DNA of 64,000 nt from Octopus sinensis (GCF_006345805.1 NC_043003.1:52762001-52826000); one strand, 5' to 3'; shown: positions 13,732 to 27,004, counted from the first letter of the stretch. The notes: generated by a model not told the origin, from the letters alone. A program made the numbers and translations.

Positions 13732-14150
13732 TACCTATTTCTTTATTACCCACAAGGGCTAAACATAGAGAGGACAAACAAGGACAGCCATAGGTATTAA
13801 GTCGATTACATCGACCCCAGTGCGTAACCGGTACTTAATTTATTGACCCCGAAAGGATGAAAGGCAAAGTCGACCTCGGCGGAATTTGAACTCACAACGT
13901 AACGGCAGCCGAAATACCTATTTCTTTATTACACACAAGGGGCTAAACACAGAGGGGACAAACAAGGACAAACATAGGTATTAAGTCGATTACATCGACC
14001 CCAGTGCGTAACAGGTATTTAATTTATCGACCCCGAAAGGATGAAAGGCAAAGTCGACCTCGGCGGAATTTGAACTCACAACGTAACGGCAGCCGAAATA
14101 CCGCTAAGCATTTCGCCCGACGTGCTAACGTTTCTGCCAGCTCGCCGCCT
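13732..14150 (-). mobile_element. tRNA-head SINE family A, head plus two tandem bodies
   Basis: GGCGGCGAGCTGGCAGAAACGTTAGCACG head; body period 183-184 nt. Confidence 0.88.
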
Positions 14151-14293
14151 TTACTTTGTCCCTCTTTGTTAGAAGGAAGTTAGTTCCTCTTATGTATGGG
14201 GACCGTCTGAATTAATCAGCTAAAATCATTCTATATTCATGTTACTAGTCAAAAGAAATTATTACTATAACTATGTTGTTTTCTCTCTTTCAG

Positions 14294-14355
14294 CTCCTTG
14301 TGGACCAGTTCACAATACTTGAAACCATGACTCCGCTAGATTTTATCGATTTTCG
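14294..14355 (+). CDS. TDO2: TDO exon: LLVDQFTILETMTPLDFIDF(R), phase 0-2
   Basis: Acceptor ttctctctttcag, donor CG|gtaaga; ETMTPLDF motif. Confidence 0.96.
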
Positions 14356-14625
14356 GTAAGAAACATTTTAAAATCTACTTACCTGTAGCCGATTACATAT
14401 GTGGTTATATAGTCTCGAAGAAAAAAAAAAAAAGAAACGAAAAGCGTTTACTCGTTTGTTAAAGTTATTGTTCTGTGAGGGTAAGGTTAATGTTTATATT
14501 CATGAGCCGCAGATCAAGTTTTTAAAGATATAGTCGATGATAACATTGTATTGCTTAATTTAATTTTCCTTCTGTAAAAAACAAACAAACAAAAAACCTA
14601 CATCTGTGATCAATATACAAATATA

Positions 14626-15138
14626 TCGTAGTATATAGTCCGCCCTTGAGTATAATACGCAGGGGATTTTTAGGGGGCTGTACCTCTGAAAAACCTAAAC
14701 CTTGTGTATAATACGCACCCCTTCTCTAACTTGAGTCGCGCGTAATTAAGCCAGTAGAACCTAGTCGAACAAATACTTCCGCGCATGCGTAATACAATAA
14801 TGGTGATGTTCTTAACTGTTATATGGGAATGTAAATATGTTTGCAAATTGTTTTTGTTACATGTTATTCTGTGTTCTGAATACTTTTATATTAATAAATG
14901 TTGCTTACTGCAAGTTATGGATGATTCTTTTATAACTTCATTGCTTTCAGGCTTAGCTTAAGGTATTTTCGCGCCCGACATCACAAAATGCGTCTGAATA
15001 AACATTGCCAGACACCAAATAGAGACTCGGACATTGCTTAGAAAATATTTTTCATTTTTAACCTCGTATATAGTACGCACTAAGGATTTTGACCTTTAAA
15101 TTTTGGGGAAAAAAGGGATTAAACTCGAGGATTTACGG
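14626..15138. mobile_element. pogo/Tc2-like MITE
   Basis: Right end ...CTCGAGGATTTACGG-TA, degenerate left TA-TCGTA end, subterminal GTATAATACGCA repeats. Confidence 0.6.
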
Positions 15139-17189
15139 TATACAAAAAGTATCACACATAATTTAGACCCAGAAATCTCACTTTAGGTCTAACACACTTA
15201 AGTTCATGTAAGTCTGTTTTCTAAATATTAAATCGGGGCACGCTAAAGAAGGTTTGTTTGAAGAGCTCGTAAATGCTAAGATCAGTCCTCAAGTTCAATA
15301 TGAAACGAATTTGTTAGTGTTTATTTGGCATAATATCATCGAAACTGGAAAATAAACTTTGTGGCTATCATCCAAATGTAAACAGAATATTTTAGGTTTG
15401 TAGGGATACATTGGTATCTATGTAAAGTTTTTGAGGCAGCTGTCTTTGTTTTAGTTTCCATGTACAAGATAACCTTGCTTCTTCTTTCCAGTGATTTCTA
15501 TTTATCGATGCCGTAAAATATTTAATATTCTGAGAGAACATGAAATAATTCTCTCTTGGAATGATGGATCTCGAAGCAAATAAAGCTATAAATAACAGTG
15601 TGTTAATTTTGGGCCAAAAACCTCTCCAAAGGCTTTCTTAATCCAATATTTATACGCTGTTATTTATAACTTCATTTGCTTTGAGATCCACTATTCCAAA
15701 AGAGAATGGTTTCATCTGCTGTTTAATTGTCTTAATGAATTGCTACTTGTTTACCACTTTGTCTAAATACACGATTTATTAAGGATGTCTCTTGCTATCC
15801 TTAACAAATTCTGTAGTTAGAGCGCAGATAGTACTTCAGTCATTTCTATGGAAACTAAGTGGACTGATTTTGATAGTCATTTTGAACCACTTGCCATTTT
15901 TAATTCGGTTTCTGACCTCACATAATCATACTTAAGATTAATCTTTCATATCCTTGGTTCTTTCCTCGCCACTATTATCTTTCCCGACATTTTTCCAACC
16001 TAACTTTTCTTTCCTATAAAAAATTTTTAATTTCCTACGCTACGTAAAATTATGGTTGAAGAAAGATTTGTAATTATTGTTGTTTTGCCTACTTCAGTCC
16101 TGATTGAGCAAATTTATACTCAAAACCATTTCAACCGTGACCATCTTGTCTTTGTGTTGTATTTCAGCGACTATATTGTCCAATGTATCCGTCATTAGAT
16201 AAGATAGTTGGATCTGATTTAGGTATATTTGGCTGGTATTCCAAGCCTGTCGAGTGACCACTTAGAAGCCCCCATGTTATTTTGAAGGTACATTATTGTT
16301 GTTTGACTCCAGATCAACACTGTTGAAGCAAGCCTATAATCAAAAGCATTCTAACCATAACCATCGCATTTATTTTTGTCTATCTAGAACAGTTGGGCAA
16401 TGTTTCCTGCCTTTTTACACATGACTACCGAAACCTATCAAAACATTACTTAATGTTTTGATTACCATCGTACATTTATTCTGATCGTGTTGCATTTTTC
16501 ATTTCAATGGATTTACAACACTTCTTGCACCAGCAAGGTCATAGCTACCAGGAGAACTACTTACAATCTATCAGGGAATGGACAATCAAAACGATATAAA
16601 GGAATGTTTTGGGGACAACATCTCTGGCTCTAAAATCGTGACAATTGAAACCTTCAGAATAGGAACTAGTTCTTCCTGATGTCCTTCATTAGATCCGTTC
16701 TCTACTCTCGACTTCAACAAATTGCACTCCACATCAACGTCTTTTTAACTATCAGCGTGACTCTTGAAGTGTGTGGTCCGTCACTTCGTGGCTCTTTTCT
16801 CTGTATAACAAACTGTTTCTGAAGTGTCGCACCCACTAGAGTAAAAACGATCATTTATCAGAAGTGGAACCCTTGAGTGTGAATTAGCACTTTGTCGATG
16901 ACAGGTTCTTCCATGGTTGGAAGTCTACTAATTAAACTCCCAGGTCAACTTCCTTAACCTTCGATCCATGTGAAGTTTAAAGACCACTCATCAAGCAGGT
17001 CTCCTTTTTATAGAAAGTCGAAATCACCCAACAAGCCTAGTTTCATTAAAACAGTATCGAGACATTAAGTATCGCACGCAAAGACACTATACTAAGTAGC
17101 TTATTACACAGATGCTCTGATTCACCATATTTGCAGAACTTCCGTGGATATCTATAAACAGCTTTTCGAATCTAAAACTTAATATTGGT

Positions 17190-17400
17190 TTCAGATTTTG
17201 GCAGAAGACCAGCTATTTTCGAGGGAGTGGGTAAGTCGATTGCATCGACCCCAGTGCTCAACTGGAGCTTATTTTATCAACCCCGAAAAGATGAAAGACA
17301 AAGTCGACCTCAGTAGAATTTGAATTAAAAACTTAAAGACGGACGAAATGCCGCTAAGCACTTTGACCGGTGTGTTAACGATTCTGCCAGCTCATCACCT
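17190..17400 (-). mobile_element. SINE family A (diverged)
   Basis: Match to the family A body and head. Confidence 0.75.
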
Positions 17401-18044
17401 TAAATCTAAACTTAAAATTAACCTAGTTTATACTAGCAGCTGCCATTCTAACATATATAGGTCTATGCACCACCGACATCTCATTAGCAAATACTTCTAC
17501 TGCAATAATCATTTCTGAATTAGCCTAACGTTTTTATAAATTCATTTTATATATTCTCGAATATTTATTTTCCTTTTGTCCCCTTCACCACTCTCAACGA
17601 TTCTTCTAATGTTATTTTAATATTCTACATATTATGAAGCAAAAATATATTAAACAATATCGTGTTAACTAAATATAACCTTGAACATATCACACACTCA
17701 TCACACCTAATGACATACTCCAACTAAAAATATTTACCCTTTCTATTGAGATGTATTTCAAATTAACTGCTTTTGCTCACCACTTATAACTTCTGTGTGT
17801 GTGTGTATGTGTATGTGTATTTGTGCAGACATAGCGTTTTGGCTGAGAGGTTCGCTTCACGGCCAAGTAGTTTCGACTTTAGTGCTACTATGCGTCACTT
17901 TGGGCGAGTGTCTTTTACTATAGCCCCAGCTTGACCAATGCCTTGTGAGTTCATTTAGTCGACGGAATTTTCCAGAAGTCCGTCGTGCATGCACGTGTGT
18001 TTGTGAGTAAGTATATTTGTTAGTTTGTGTGTATGCTTGTAATT

Positions 18045-18275
18045 GTGGAGGCGCATGATTTAGTGGTTAAACTATTGAACTCATGATCGTAAGCTTGTTG
18101 TTTCGATTCCTGGAGGGAGCGTTGCTTTATGTTCTTGAGTGTAACACTTCATTTCACTTTGCTTTCGTCCTCTCAGCTGGCAAAAATGAGTGATCCCGCG
18201 ACGGACCAGCGTCCCGTCTAGGTGGGATAACATATACACCACAGATTCGGGGAAATGGATCTCATGGGCCGCTGG
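18045..18275 (+). mobile_element. tRNA-head SINE family C
   Basis: GTGGAGGCGCATG..TAGTGGTTA...GTTTCGATTCCTGG; similar to 30447-30692. Confidence 0.75.
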
Positions 18276-19074
18276 TTAGGGAAGGGCCTTTGAAACTTTC
18301 CTTTTCTTTTTCCTTTTCTTTTCTTTTTTGATATATATGATCATCGTTGTCTAGTTATTCGAAATTTCATGTTCTCGATCGTCAGACTGAACACAAAGTG
18401 CGACATTGCAATTCTTTGTGTGCAGAATATGAGTAGATTTCATCTGAGAAGGAAGAGTAGATAGCTGGCAAAAAAGACAGACAAGAAAAAAAATCCTTTC
18501 TAGTCGTTAGGGAGTGGGCCAAGCGAGTAGTTGTTGTAGGCTTATGTGCTGGTTGACCTTTAGAATTATATTAAGAGTGAATGAAAAGTATTCATATTCA
18601 CCCTCATCATATGCATTTAGCTATATTTCTAAATAGTAAATATTAAAGAGGGTCCGATTGTTTGCGTCAGATACACTGAGAATTTTATCTATGAGTGGAG
18701 TGAGTTAGATAAATTAAGCGATAAATAATGTATCAGAATTAAATTACTTAATTATGTGGCCGTGCCCATGGGGTTAAGTAGTTGTAAATATGCATATACA
18801 TGTACATACATGTGAGAATGTGCACGTTCAGATAAGATTTTAAAATGCAAAAGATTTTGAAAGTTAGATGAAGGTTGTTTAGGTGTTTATATGGCTTAAC
18901 GCACTTTTCTTACCGATATTCCTAGAAATGTTGAATGTTGTGAGCGGCATGCGTTCGTCTTAGAGTTTTTACGCTGTCAATGTATAGTCAAGAAAGCCGC
19001 CAATAAACCGTGAAGTAGTCCGTCAGGAAACACTCTCTCCATTATCATCGCACTTCAGAAACATTGAAATAATG

Positions 19075-19460
19075 GGATCTTTTCGGTTTGAACGGCAGTT
19101 TTTAACATAATTTCTAGGTAACTAAAAAAATTTAAACTTCGTATACTGGTAGAATGTGTTTATAAAACATCTTTTTCTCTTGGCTTTATTGAGAAAATTC
19201 TATAGTTTGTAAGATATTTGTTGTTTTTTTCTTCAATTTCTGCAATTTCAACCAATCAGTGACGTCTATTGAGTTAAAAAGCATTCTGTGCCGATTGGGT
19301 TTATTTACATTTGTGAAGAAAAAAAGATACCCTTCCCCCACCCCTAACCCTAACCCTAAAAGATATTGAAATGCAATAGATCGATTCTAGGGTCATAATT
19401 ATGGGTGACAATTTCATATGACACCGCTAGAAAAAACTGCCGTTCAAACCGAAAAGATCC
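19075..19460. mobile_element. MITE with 28-bp TIRs and 8-bp TSD (Merlin-like), with internal telomere-type repeats
   Basis: TIR GGATCTTTTCGGTTTGAACGGCAGTTTT, perfect at both ends; TSD AAATAATG at 19067-19074 and 19461-19468; CCCTAACCCTAACCCTAA inside. Confidence 0.9.
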
Positions 19461-20603
19461 AAATAATGTATATATGATTTCACGTTTATGAATTTGTGGC
19501 AAGATTCCTAATGTGATTTCTTATTTCTTTCTTACTAGGACCAATTTAAATATTGGAAACCTTCTTCTAGTTCTGATTCATGCTTTGTTGAGCATAATAT
19601 ATCTGTATTTAGTGCATGTTAAAACAGATGAAGTGTTCCAAAGATTCGAAAGTATCCAGGTTAATGATTGGGAATGTAAAATTCCAATAACCAGATATGA
19701 GATACCAGCTATAGTCATAACTATATGCCGGTGTTTGTTTCTCACCTTTTCACAGCAGTTATTCATTTATTACGTTTAGTACCAAATTTCAATCAAATGC
19801 AGCTAAATGAGTGAAACAAGTACGAGAATAAAAGAAATGTGTTTGTGTGTGTACAGCTCTGTTTTATAAATTTCGGCGAATAATCTTTCTCATTTGTCTT
19901 AGTGCCGAATTTAGACGGCGTCGTCTGCTAAACTCTAACAAACTTTTTACAATATATAAATATTGCATGCTATTAGGTGTGATATTCTATCCAACATTTT
20001 TGTTTTATTTTAAATTGTGTGTATTAGATTCAATCCTTTTATTCGAACAGTTTATAAGTTTTAATTCCAGCTATCTGCTTACTTTGCGAATTAAAAAAAA
20101 AGTCGTGCGCGCTTTTATCCATCCCCCACAAAGGCACAAACACTTAACTATACATAGTCTACTCGACTTTGATATCAGTGCATTTGCGAGTGCATTCATT
20201 TGCAGTTATAATTCCTTTAGAGGTTTTCTTAGCCACAGACTGCTGCGATTAATCTACAAACAAACATACAAAACATCTACGGATATATTTTTAACCTTTG
20301 AAGAGATTATGGTCAGTAATATGAATTTAATATATAATTAATTTCACTGAGTATAACTGAAACGGCCGTAAGAAATTATGATCGATGTGTTGTTGATAAC
20401 AAACTGTTATTAACTTCAAAATCTCCATTTTCTTCTTCGTTTACATGAATATAACTACAGTTTATATACAACTTATTATTCTCAGAAAATCAATTCTCCA
20501 CAAAATATTAAATACTGAACCATTATTTCCTTGGATGAAACCATCCCTTCATGAGACTAAGATAACGTCTAAAGAAATTAAATATATATATATATAATAT
20601 ATA

Positions 20604-20681
<78 letters not shown>

Positions 20682-21021
20682 GTATATATATATGCATATT
20701 TATATATGCACATGCATATTTATATACACACATATATATACACATAAAATTTAAATAATGAGGGTGATAAATTGAATATTAATTTAATTAACATCAATTT
20801 AAAACCAATTTAAAACCTAGCATATAGAAAAATCTGAAAATTCAGAAAAATTGTATTGCATGCGTATAAGAAGGGATGACCAGTAAGTGGACATCCAATA
20901 TGGTAGAAATAGATCACCTACGATCTAACCACAAAGAAAAGAATGTTCTCTAGAAAAATTCAGCAAACACCAGAGCATAAGTGGGTAAGACAAATGAAAA
21001 TATGCAAAATAAAGAATTAAT

Positions 21022-21084
21022 TATAGACCGATTTCGCCATTAGCTACTTCAATTACGTAAAAACGTCCGTGGCTCATCAGTACG
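21022..21084 (-). ncRNA. Type-I hammerhead motif (canonical core, weak helices I and III)
   Basis: Minus strand: GTA CTGATGA GCCA-(30 nt)-TGGC GAAATCGGTC TAT. Confidence 0.6.
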
Positions 21085-21250
21085 ACCGTTCTAATTTAAT
21101 ATAATTTGTAGAACTATACACGGATTGTCCTCATAAAATTAGATGCGTGTACAGTTCTACCGATTATATCGGGGATATTTTCAAATGTCTCAGCTCTGGC
21201 ACACTAAATCCCGGAAACAGTTCTGCACACACAACACACACACACACACA

Positions 21251-21313
<63 letters not shown>

Positions 21314-21318
21314 CGTTT

Positions 21319-21373
<55 letters not shown>

Positions 21374-21375
21374 TA

Positions 21376-21423
<48 letters not shown>

Positions 21424-21425
<2 letters not shown>

Positions 21426-21741
21426 GAAATGAAGAAAATGCTGACAAAATAATTTAAGTAAGGGAGAGTGTATTTAATTAGGTGAAAGTTCTTTTTACCG
21501 GTTGCGCATTTGTTATGCTTATCAAAAGATATTTTGAGTGAGATAGAGTTCCTTTCTGATTGATTTTTTTCTCTTATCTGACGTCAGATAAGAGAAAAAA
21601 ATCAATCAGAAAGGAACTCTATCTCACTCAAAATATCTTTTGATAAGCATAACAAATGCGCAACCGGTAAAAAGAACTTTCACCTAATTAAATACACTCT
21701 CCCTTACTTAAATTATTTTGTCAGCATTTTCTTCATTTCCT
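21424..21741. repeat. Perfect spacerless palindrome, 2 x 159 bp
   Basis: Centre between 21582 and 21583 (TCTGAC|GTCAGA); arms matched by eye as reverse complements. Confidence 0.95.
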
Positions 21742-21775
21742 CTTTTTATATATCACAACTCGTGTTCCACATCTC

Positions 21776-21863
<88 letters not shown>

Positions 21864-21896
21864 GAGTTAAACGCAGGTATTGTTCAAATCTTTTTA

Positions 21897-21969
21897 CTCC
21901 CGACATATGTTTCGAAGAAAACATTGGTATTATTCCAGAAGGAATAATACAATCTTCTTATCTGGGAAA
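21897..21969 (-). ncRNA. Degenerate hammerhead motif with a long helix II
   Basis: Minus strand: TTTCC CAGATAA GAAGATTGTATTATTCC-TTCT-GGAATAATACCAATGTTTTCTTC GAAACATATGTC GGGAG. Confidence 0.5.
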
Positions 21970-22231
21970 GGAAGAAACCAAACACATTAATAAGGCATTT
22001 TAACAGAATGTAATGACTGCATATATGATGAAGAAAACGCTAGCAAGTTTTAAAAAAACCGTTAGTAGATATAACTGTTAGTAGATAAAATATTTGAAAG
22101 TTGAATCTCTTCAGAGGTAGTTTAAGATATACAAAATGGGTGTTCAATTCCTGCATGTTGAGTTAACGGCTGCAAACCGTTAACTACATCCATATATATA
22201 TATATATATATATAAAACCAGTCGGATATTA

Positions 22232-22336
<105 letters not shown>

Positions 22337-23265
22337 TGGGGAGAGACGAGGAGAATCTAATCTTGTATTTTATCGACCCCGGTAGGTTGAAAAGTTAGAT
22401 AAGTTGACCTCAGTGCAGTTTGAGCTCTGGAGGTAAAGAGTCCGAGCAAATACCACAAAGCATTTGTTCGACACTGTAATTCATTCAGCCTTTCACCACT
22501 TTCACTGACCATTTACTCTACACCAATTATACATATGCATGACTGCTATAGAAAGTGATTTCTTAAAATTTTGCCCCTTTGTTTTTACGGAGGTTTCTAT
22601 TATCTCACTATTCCTGAAGTTATCTAAATATTGCCGCCGCCCCTTATGCTCACCTCCCATTTAAAATAGATTACTTTATTCTTTTACTAGTTTTTTAAAA
22701 ATTATCAATGCCACACTCAGTCACTTTATTCTGTCCCATTTATAATCTATGACACCATTAGATTAATTAATTAATTTGCGTGTATTTATTTCTATGCATT
22801 CGTGATTGTATGTTTCTCTTCGTGCTTCTCCTGGTCGTTTAGTATTTGTTGTCTGTTATTTTAATTTTTACTCCACTTTTAGTTTTTCTCAGTTATCTAA
22901 TATTCAAATACCTCTCCCCAAACTTCGTAATCACTACCCAATCATCCGACAATCAACAGTAAAAGTGACTACTAGAAGTTGTTGACTAACTAATGATATT
23001 TTGACTCTAACCCACTCTACGGCCATTCTGCAGTTCAGTGATGTGTCTATAAAATAGGACAGCAATCTGCAATCAAGACAAGAATCTTGGTTTAAATATA
23101 AAATAAATAACATCCATTCTTCCTCTAATTTTGTAGGGGTTGTGATCCCCAATCCATAGATGTTTAATTTGTTTTATTTTTCATCTAGTAATTTTTAAAC
23201 CATTTTCCTGACACTTGCACAAATACACTTCCACACCTTATATCATGTCAAACATCTATATCTAT

Positions 23266-23480
23266 AAGGCGGTGAACTGGCAGAATCATTAGCACTTCAG
23301 GCAAAATGCTTAGCGGGACTTCGTCCGTCTTTATATTGTGAGTTCAAATTCTACCGATGTTGGCCTTGCCTTTCATCTCTTCGAGATCGACAAAATAAAT
23401 CCAATTTAAGCACAAGGGTTGATGTAATCGACCCTGCTCACTCCCCGAAATTGTTAGCCTTATGCCAGAATTTGAGATAT
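23266..23480 (+). mobile_element. SINE family A (diverged)
   Basis: AAGGCGGTGAACTGGCAGAATCATTAGC head. Confidence 0.75.
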
Positions 23481-23588
23481 CGACATATATATATATTAGG
23501 GGAAAGTTTACAAAAATAAGCAAAAGACGAAGGCAGGTGGAGTACAAACAAACAAATGTATTAGTATAGCGCTCAGGAATAGAAAAAG

Positions 23589-23626
23589 TCTTTTACGTTT
23601 CGAGTCTACGCTCTTCGACAGAAAGA
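23589..23626 (-). ncRNA. Minimal hammerhead-like motif, variant core CUGUCGA, in a unit (23498-23700) homologous to 845-1020
   Basis: Minus strand: TCTTT CTGTCGA A GAGC GTAG ACTC GAAAC GTA AAAGA. Confidence 0.55.
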
Positions 23627-24004
23627 TACACAGAAAAAAACAAGGAGAGAAAAAATGCGTGTAGGAGCTAATGATCTATCATGGTGTTCTGACTTCGGAC
23701 AGTGGTCAGACGCGAGAGGGACAGTAGGGGAGATAACATTAGTCACTTTTCTAGTAGTCGCTTTTGTCGGATGATTGGGTAGTGGTTACGAGGTTTGGTG
23801 AGAAGTATTTTAGAAGTATTTGAATATTAGATAACTCTGCAAAACCAAAAAATGGAGTAAAAATTGAAATAACAGACAACAATATACACACACATACACA
23901 CAATGACAATGTTATTCAATTTAACCTTTGACATAGTAATCAAGTCGTAGGATAAAACTTAAGCGCTGTTGAATATTTTTCTGCTCTAATATTTCTATCT
24001 TGTC

Positions 24005-24360
24005 AAGGCGGCGAGCTGGCAGAAAAGTTAGCACGCCGGGCGAAATGCGTAGCCGTATTTCGTCTGCTGTTACGTTCTGAGTTCAAATTCCGCCGAAGTC
24101 GACTTTGCCTTTCATCCTTTCGGGGTCAATTAAATAAATACCAGTTACGCACTGGGGTCGATGTAATCGACTTAATCCGTTTGTCTGTCTTTGTTTGTCC
24201 TCTCTGTGTTTAGCCCCCCTGTGGATAGTAAAGAAAGTCGACCTTACCTTTCATTCTTTCAGGATCGATAAAATAAGTACCAGTTGCGGACTGGGGTCTA
24301 CCTAATTGACTGCCCCCTCCCCCAAAATTTCGGGCCTTGTTCCTTGAGTAGAAAAGAATA
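24005..24360 (+). mobile_element. SINE family A plus a partial second body
   Basis: Near-consensus head and body; second body starts at GTCGAC. Confidence 0.85.
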
Positions 24361-25749
24361 TTTGTATCTTTTACTTGTTTTAGTCATTGAATTGTGGCCA
24401 TACTGGGGCACTGCTTTGAAAGATTATGCCGAACAGATTGATCCTACTGCTTATCTTTTTAAGTCTGGTACTTATTCTATCGGTCACTTTTGCTTAATCA
24501 CAAAAAGTTACAAGGATGTAAACAAACCAACACCGTTTGTCAAGCAGTGTGCGTATGTATGTGTGGAGGGGGTAAGCACAAATACAAAGCCACTCACACA
24601 CACGCGCGCGCGCGTAATACTTGCAGTATTTATTTACGTTCCTTTACGTTTTGTTTTCAAATCGCATTGAAATTATTTTTGCTTTCCACCCCTTTAGGAT
24701 ACATTGGATAATACAGTCCCAGACACTTCTATAAAGATTAGATTGTCATATCTGTAATCTTTTGATAATAGATTTGCCCTGATGTGGTTGACCTGAATTT
24801 GAGCAATAATTTAGCCAAGAACGCATTTTGTTCGATGTTTTCGATACGTATATTGTTGAAATACTTGTCTACTTGGTTTCCTAATTTTTATCGTGTGACG
24901 TGTTGAAAATTTGATCTTAGTATGTTAGTGATTAAAATTTGCTCTCTTAGTTTATTTCAGAGGTTATTCTGTTTGATATACGAGTTTACTTTACAAATTC
25001 CCCAGGTAAATTTACATTTAAAAGTGTGGGTTAATATATACTTCATGTTTGTATCTATGATGGTGACACTGGACATCTTTCGGAACCAAATATAGTCTGA
25101 CACATAGCTACTAGATCCCAAAATGATTTCAAGCGTAGTCAAGATCTTAAAATCACTGATTCGATAATTTAAAATTGGGGATAGTGCCTTCTGCATAAAA
25201 AATGTATAGGTAGAGCAAGCCAACGTAATCCGATGAACCTGAACCTAAAATATCTTTTTTTTTTATGAATTGTAATTACAGCCGTATTAGTAAGAAAAAT
25301 TAATGGATGTTAATTATTCTTGTATATTGTTCGGTAATCATACTAGGGAGTAAACACTATTTAGCTTATTATTTCTGTCGTATTCGAACAATATTTGTGA
25401 GCACTATTTTAAAAGAAATCATTATTGAAGTTCAAAGACATTACACATTTTAAAGACATCGTTTTGATTGTTTCTTTCTTCTTATCAATTCTCTCCAATG
25501 CTACATAATGACTGTTTGTTCTGGAAGACACAAAGCTTCAGATACTTCAGAAGAGTATGACATCTTTATTTTGCAATTTGCTTATCGTTATGCATATTCG
25601 ACCTCTGGTTGATACAATCTGTTGTAATTTACTTGTTTAATGTCTACAGTTTTCACTAGTAATATTTTGTATGCCGCACATCTTTTGGTATTTATCTATT
25701 ATCAGCAGTCACTTTTTTTTTGTTACTAAAAGATTAGTAAATAAATTAG

Positions 25750-26150
25750 GAGCAGGCATGACTGTATGGTAAGAAGTTTACTTCCTAACCACATTATTCT
25801 GAGTTCAGTCACATTGCATGGCACCTTGGGCAAGTGTCCTCTGCTATAGCCTCGGACCGACCAAAGCCTTGTGAGTGAATTTAGTAGGCGGAAACTGAAA
25901 GAAGTCCGTTGTGTATATAATATATACATGTGTGTGTGTGAGAGGGAGTTATCTGTGCATTCCCCCACCACCGCTTGACAACCGATGTTGGTGTGTTTAC
26001 ATCTCAGTAACTTAACAGTTCGGCAATAGAGAATGAGCAAATAATTACTAGGCTTTAAAATATAAATAAGACCTAGCACCGATTCATTCGACTAAAAATC
26101 CTTCAAGGCGGTCCCCCATCATGGCCGCAGTCTAATGACTGACTTCCCCA
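25750..26150 (+). mobile_element. SINE family B (diverged)
   Basis: Head, microsatellite and tail. Confidence 0.78.
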
Positions 26151-27004
26151 CCAAGATAAACAATAAAAGACAAACTATTACACACATGAAACAAGTGTAA
26201 TAGACGATTTGCGGACTTTCGGAGAAGCCGTCACTGTTTCATGAGGGAGCAAAAGGGTATGGAATTGGGTGATTGATTCCTTCTTGGAAAGAATATTTTG
26301 CCTAAAACATTAAATGTTTTACATTTTGGCTCTGCAATTCTATGCCCTTTTCTGGTAATTTTTTTTTTTTGTACTTTTCTCTATGCAGTTGTGATAGCTA
26401 TTCCGATATTCCAAAGATCAACTATTACACTCATCTCACGCGTGTAATAGTTCATTTACTAACCCGTTAGTAAATGAAAAAAAAAAAAGAAAAAGAAAAA
26501 GAAAAATGGCTGTCGATAAAAAAAATACTTTCCAATTTTTATTATTTTAAAATTTCTTTCCTCTGCACTCACTTCCTTCTTTATTTTATAGAACATTGGA
26601 TTTTTGCTTTAGTTGTAAATGCAAGCACATAGTTCCAGTCGAATTTTATATGACAGAAGATAATAGATGCTGCTGATTTCTCTTCAAAGTCTGGAAAGTG
26701 CCAAGAGTAAAGTTAACTTGTCAAATGCAAATTTTTTGTAGAAATAAATAATTCCATCCGAATACAAATGTGAAAAGCATAGTTTTCAACCGAGACACTT
26801 TGATGAAGTAATAAGAATATATTGAATACAAAGAGAAACTTATCCCGGTTCTCTGTTAAAGATTATTCTAAACACCTTTTTTAACTCCCAAAACTGATAA
26901 TCGGTTTCAGTTTATCAAATTTGTCAGTTGAATCTGAAGAAATTAGTGGTGATTTGCTTGAGACAAAAATTAAGTACAAAATATTCACGAAGTGAATATA
27001 GGCG

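Noticed and set aside
16500-17110. Possible Ty3/Gypsy RNase H-integrase remnant on the minus strand
   Set aside because: Only short motif hints across several frames with many stops; not supportable without an HMM search.
19339-19358. Interstitial telomere or chromosome-fusion scar
   Set aside because: Only three CCCTAA units, lying inside a TIR/TSD-bounded MITE.
24005-24100. tRNA genes at the SINE heads (also 30447, 34614, 51800)
   Set aside because: A/B-box-like motifs are present, but they continue into SINE bodies and do not form complete cloverleafs.
24957-25223. 88-aa minus-strand ORF as a nested gene exon
   Set aside because: No recognisable domain, no convincing splice-site pair, and AT-rich background.
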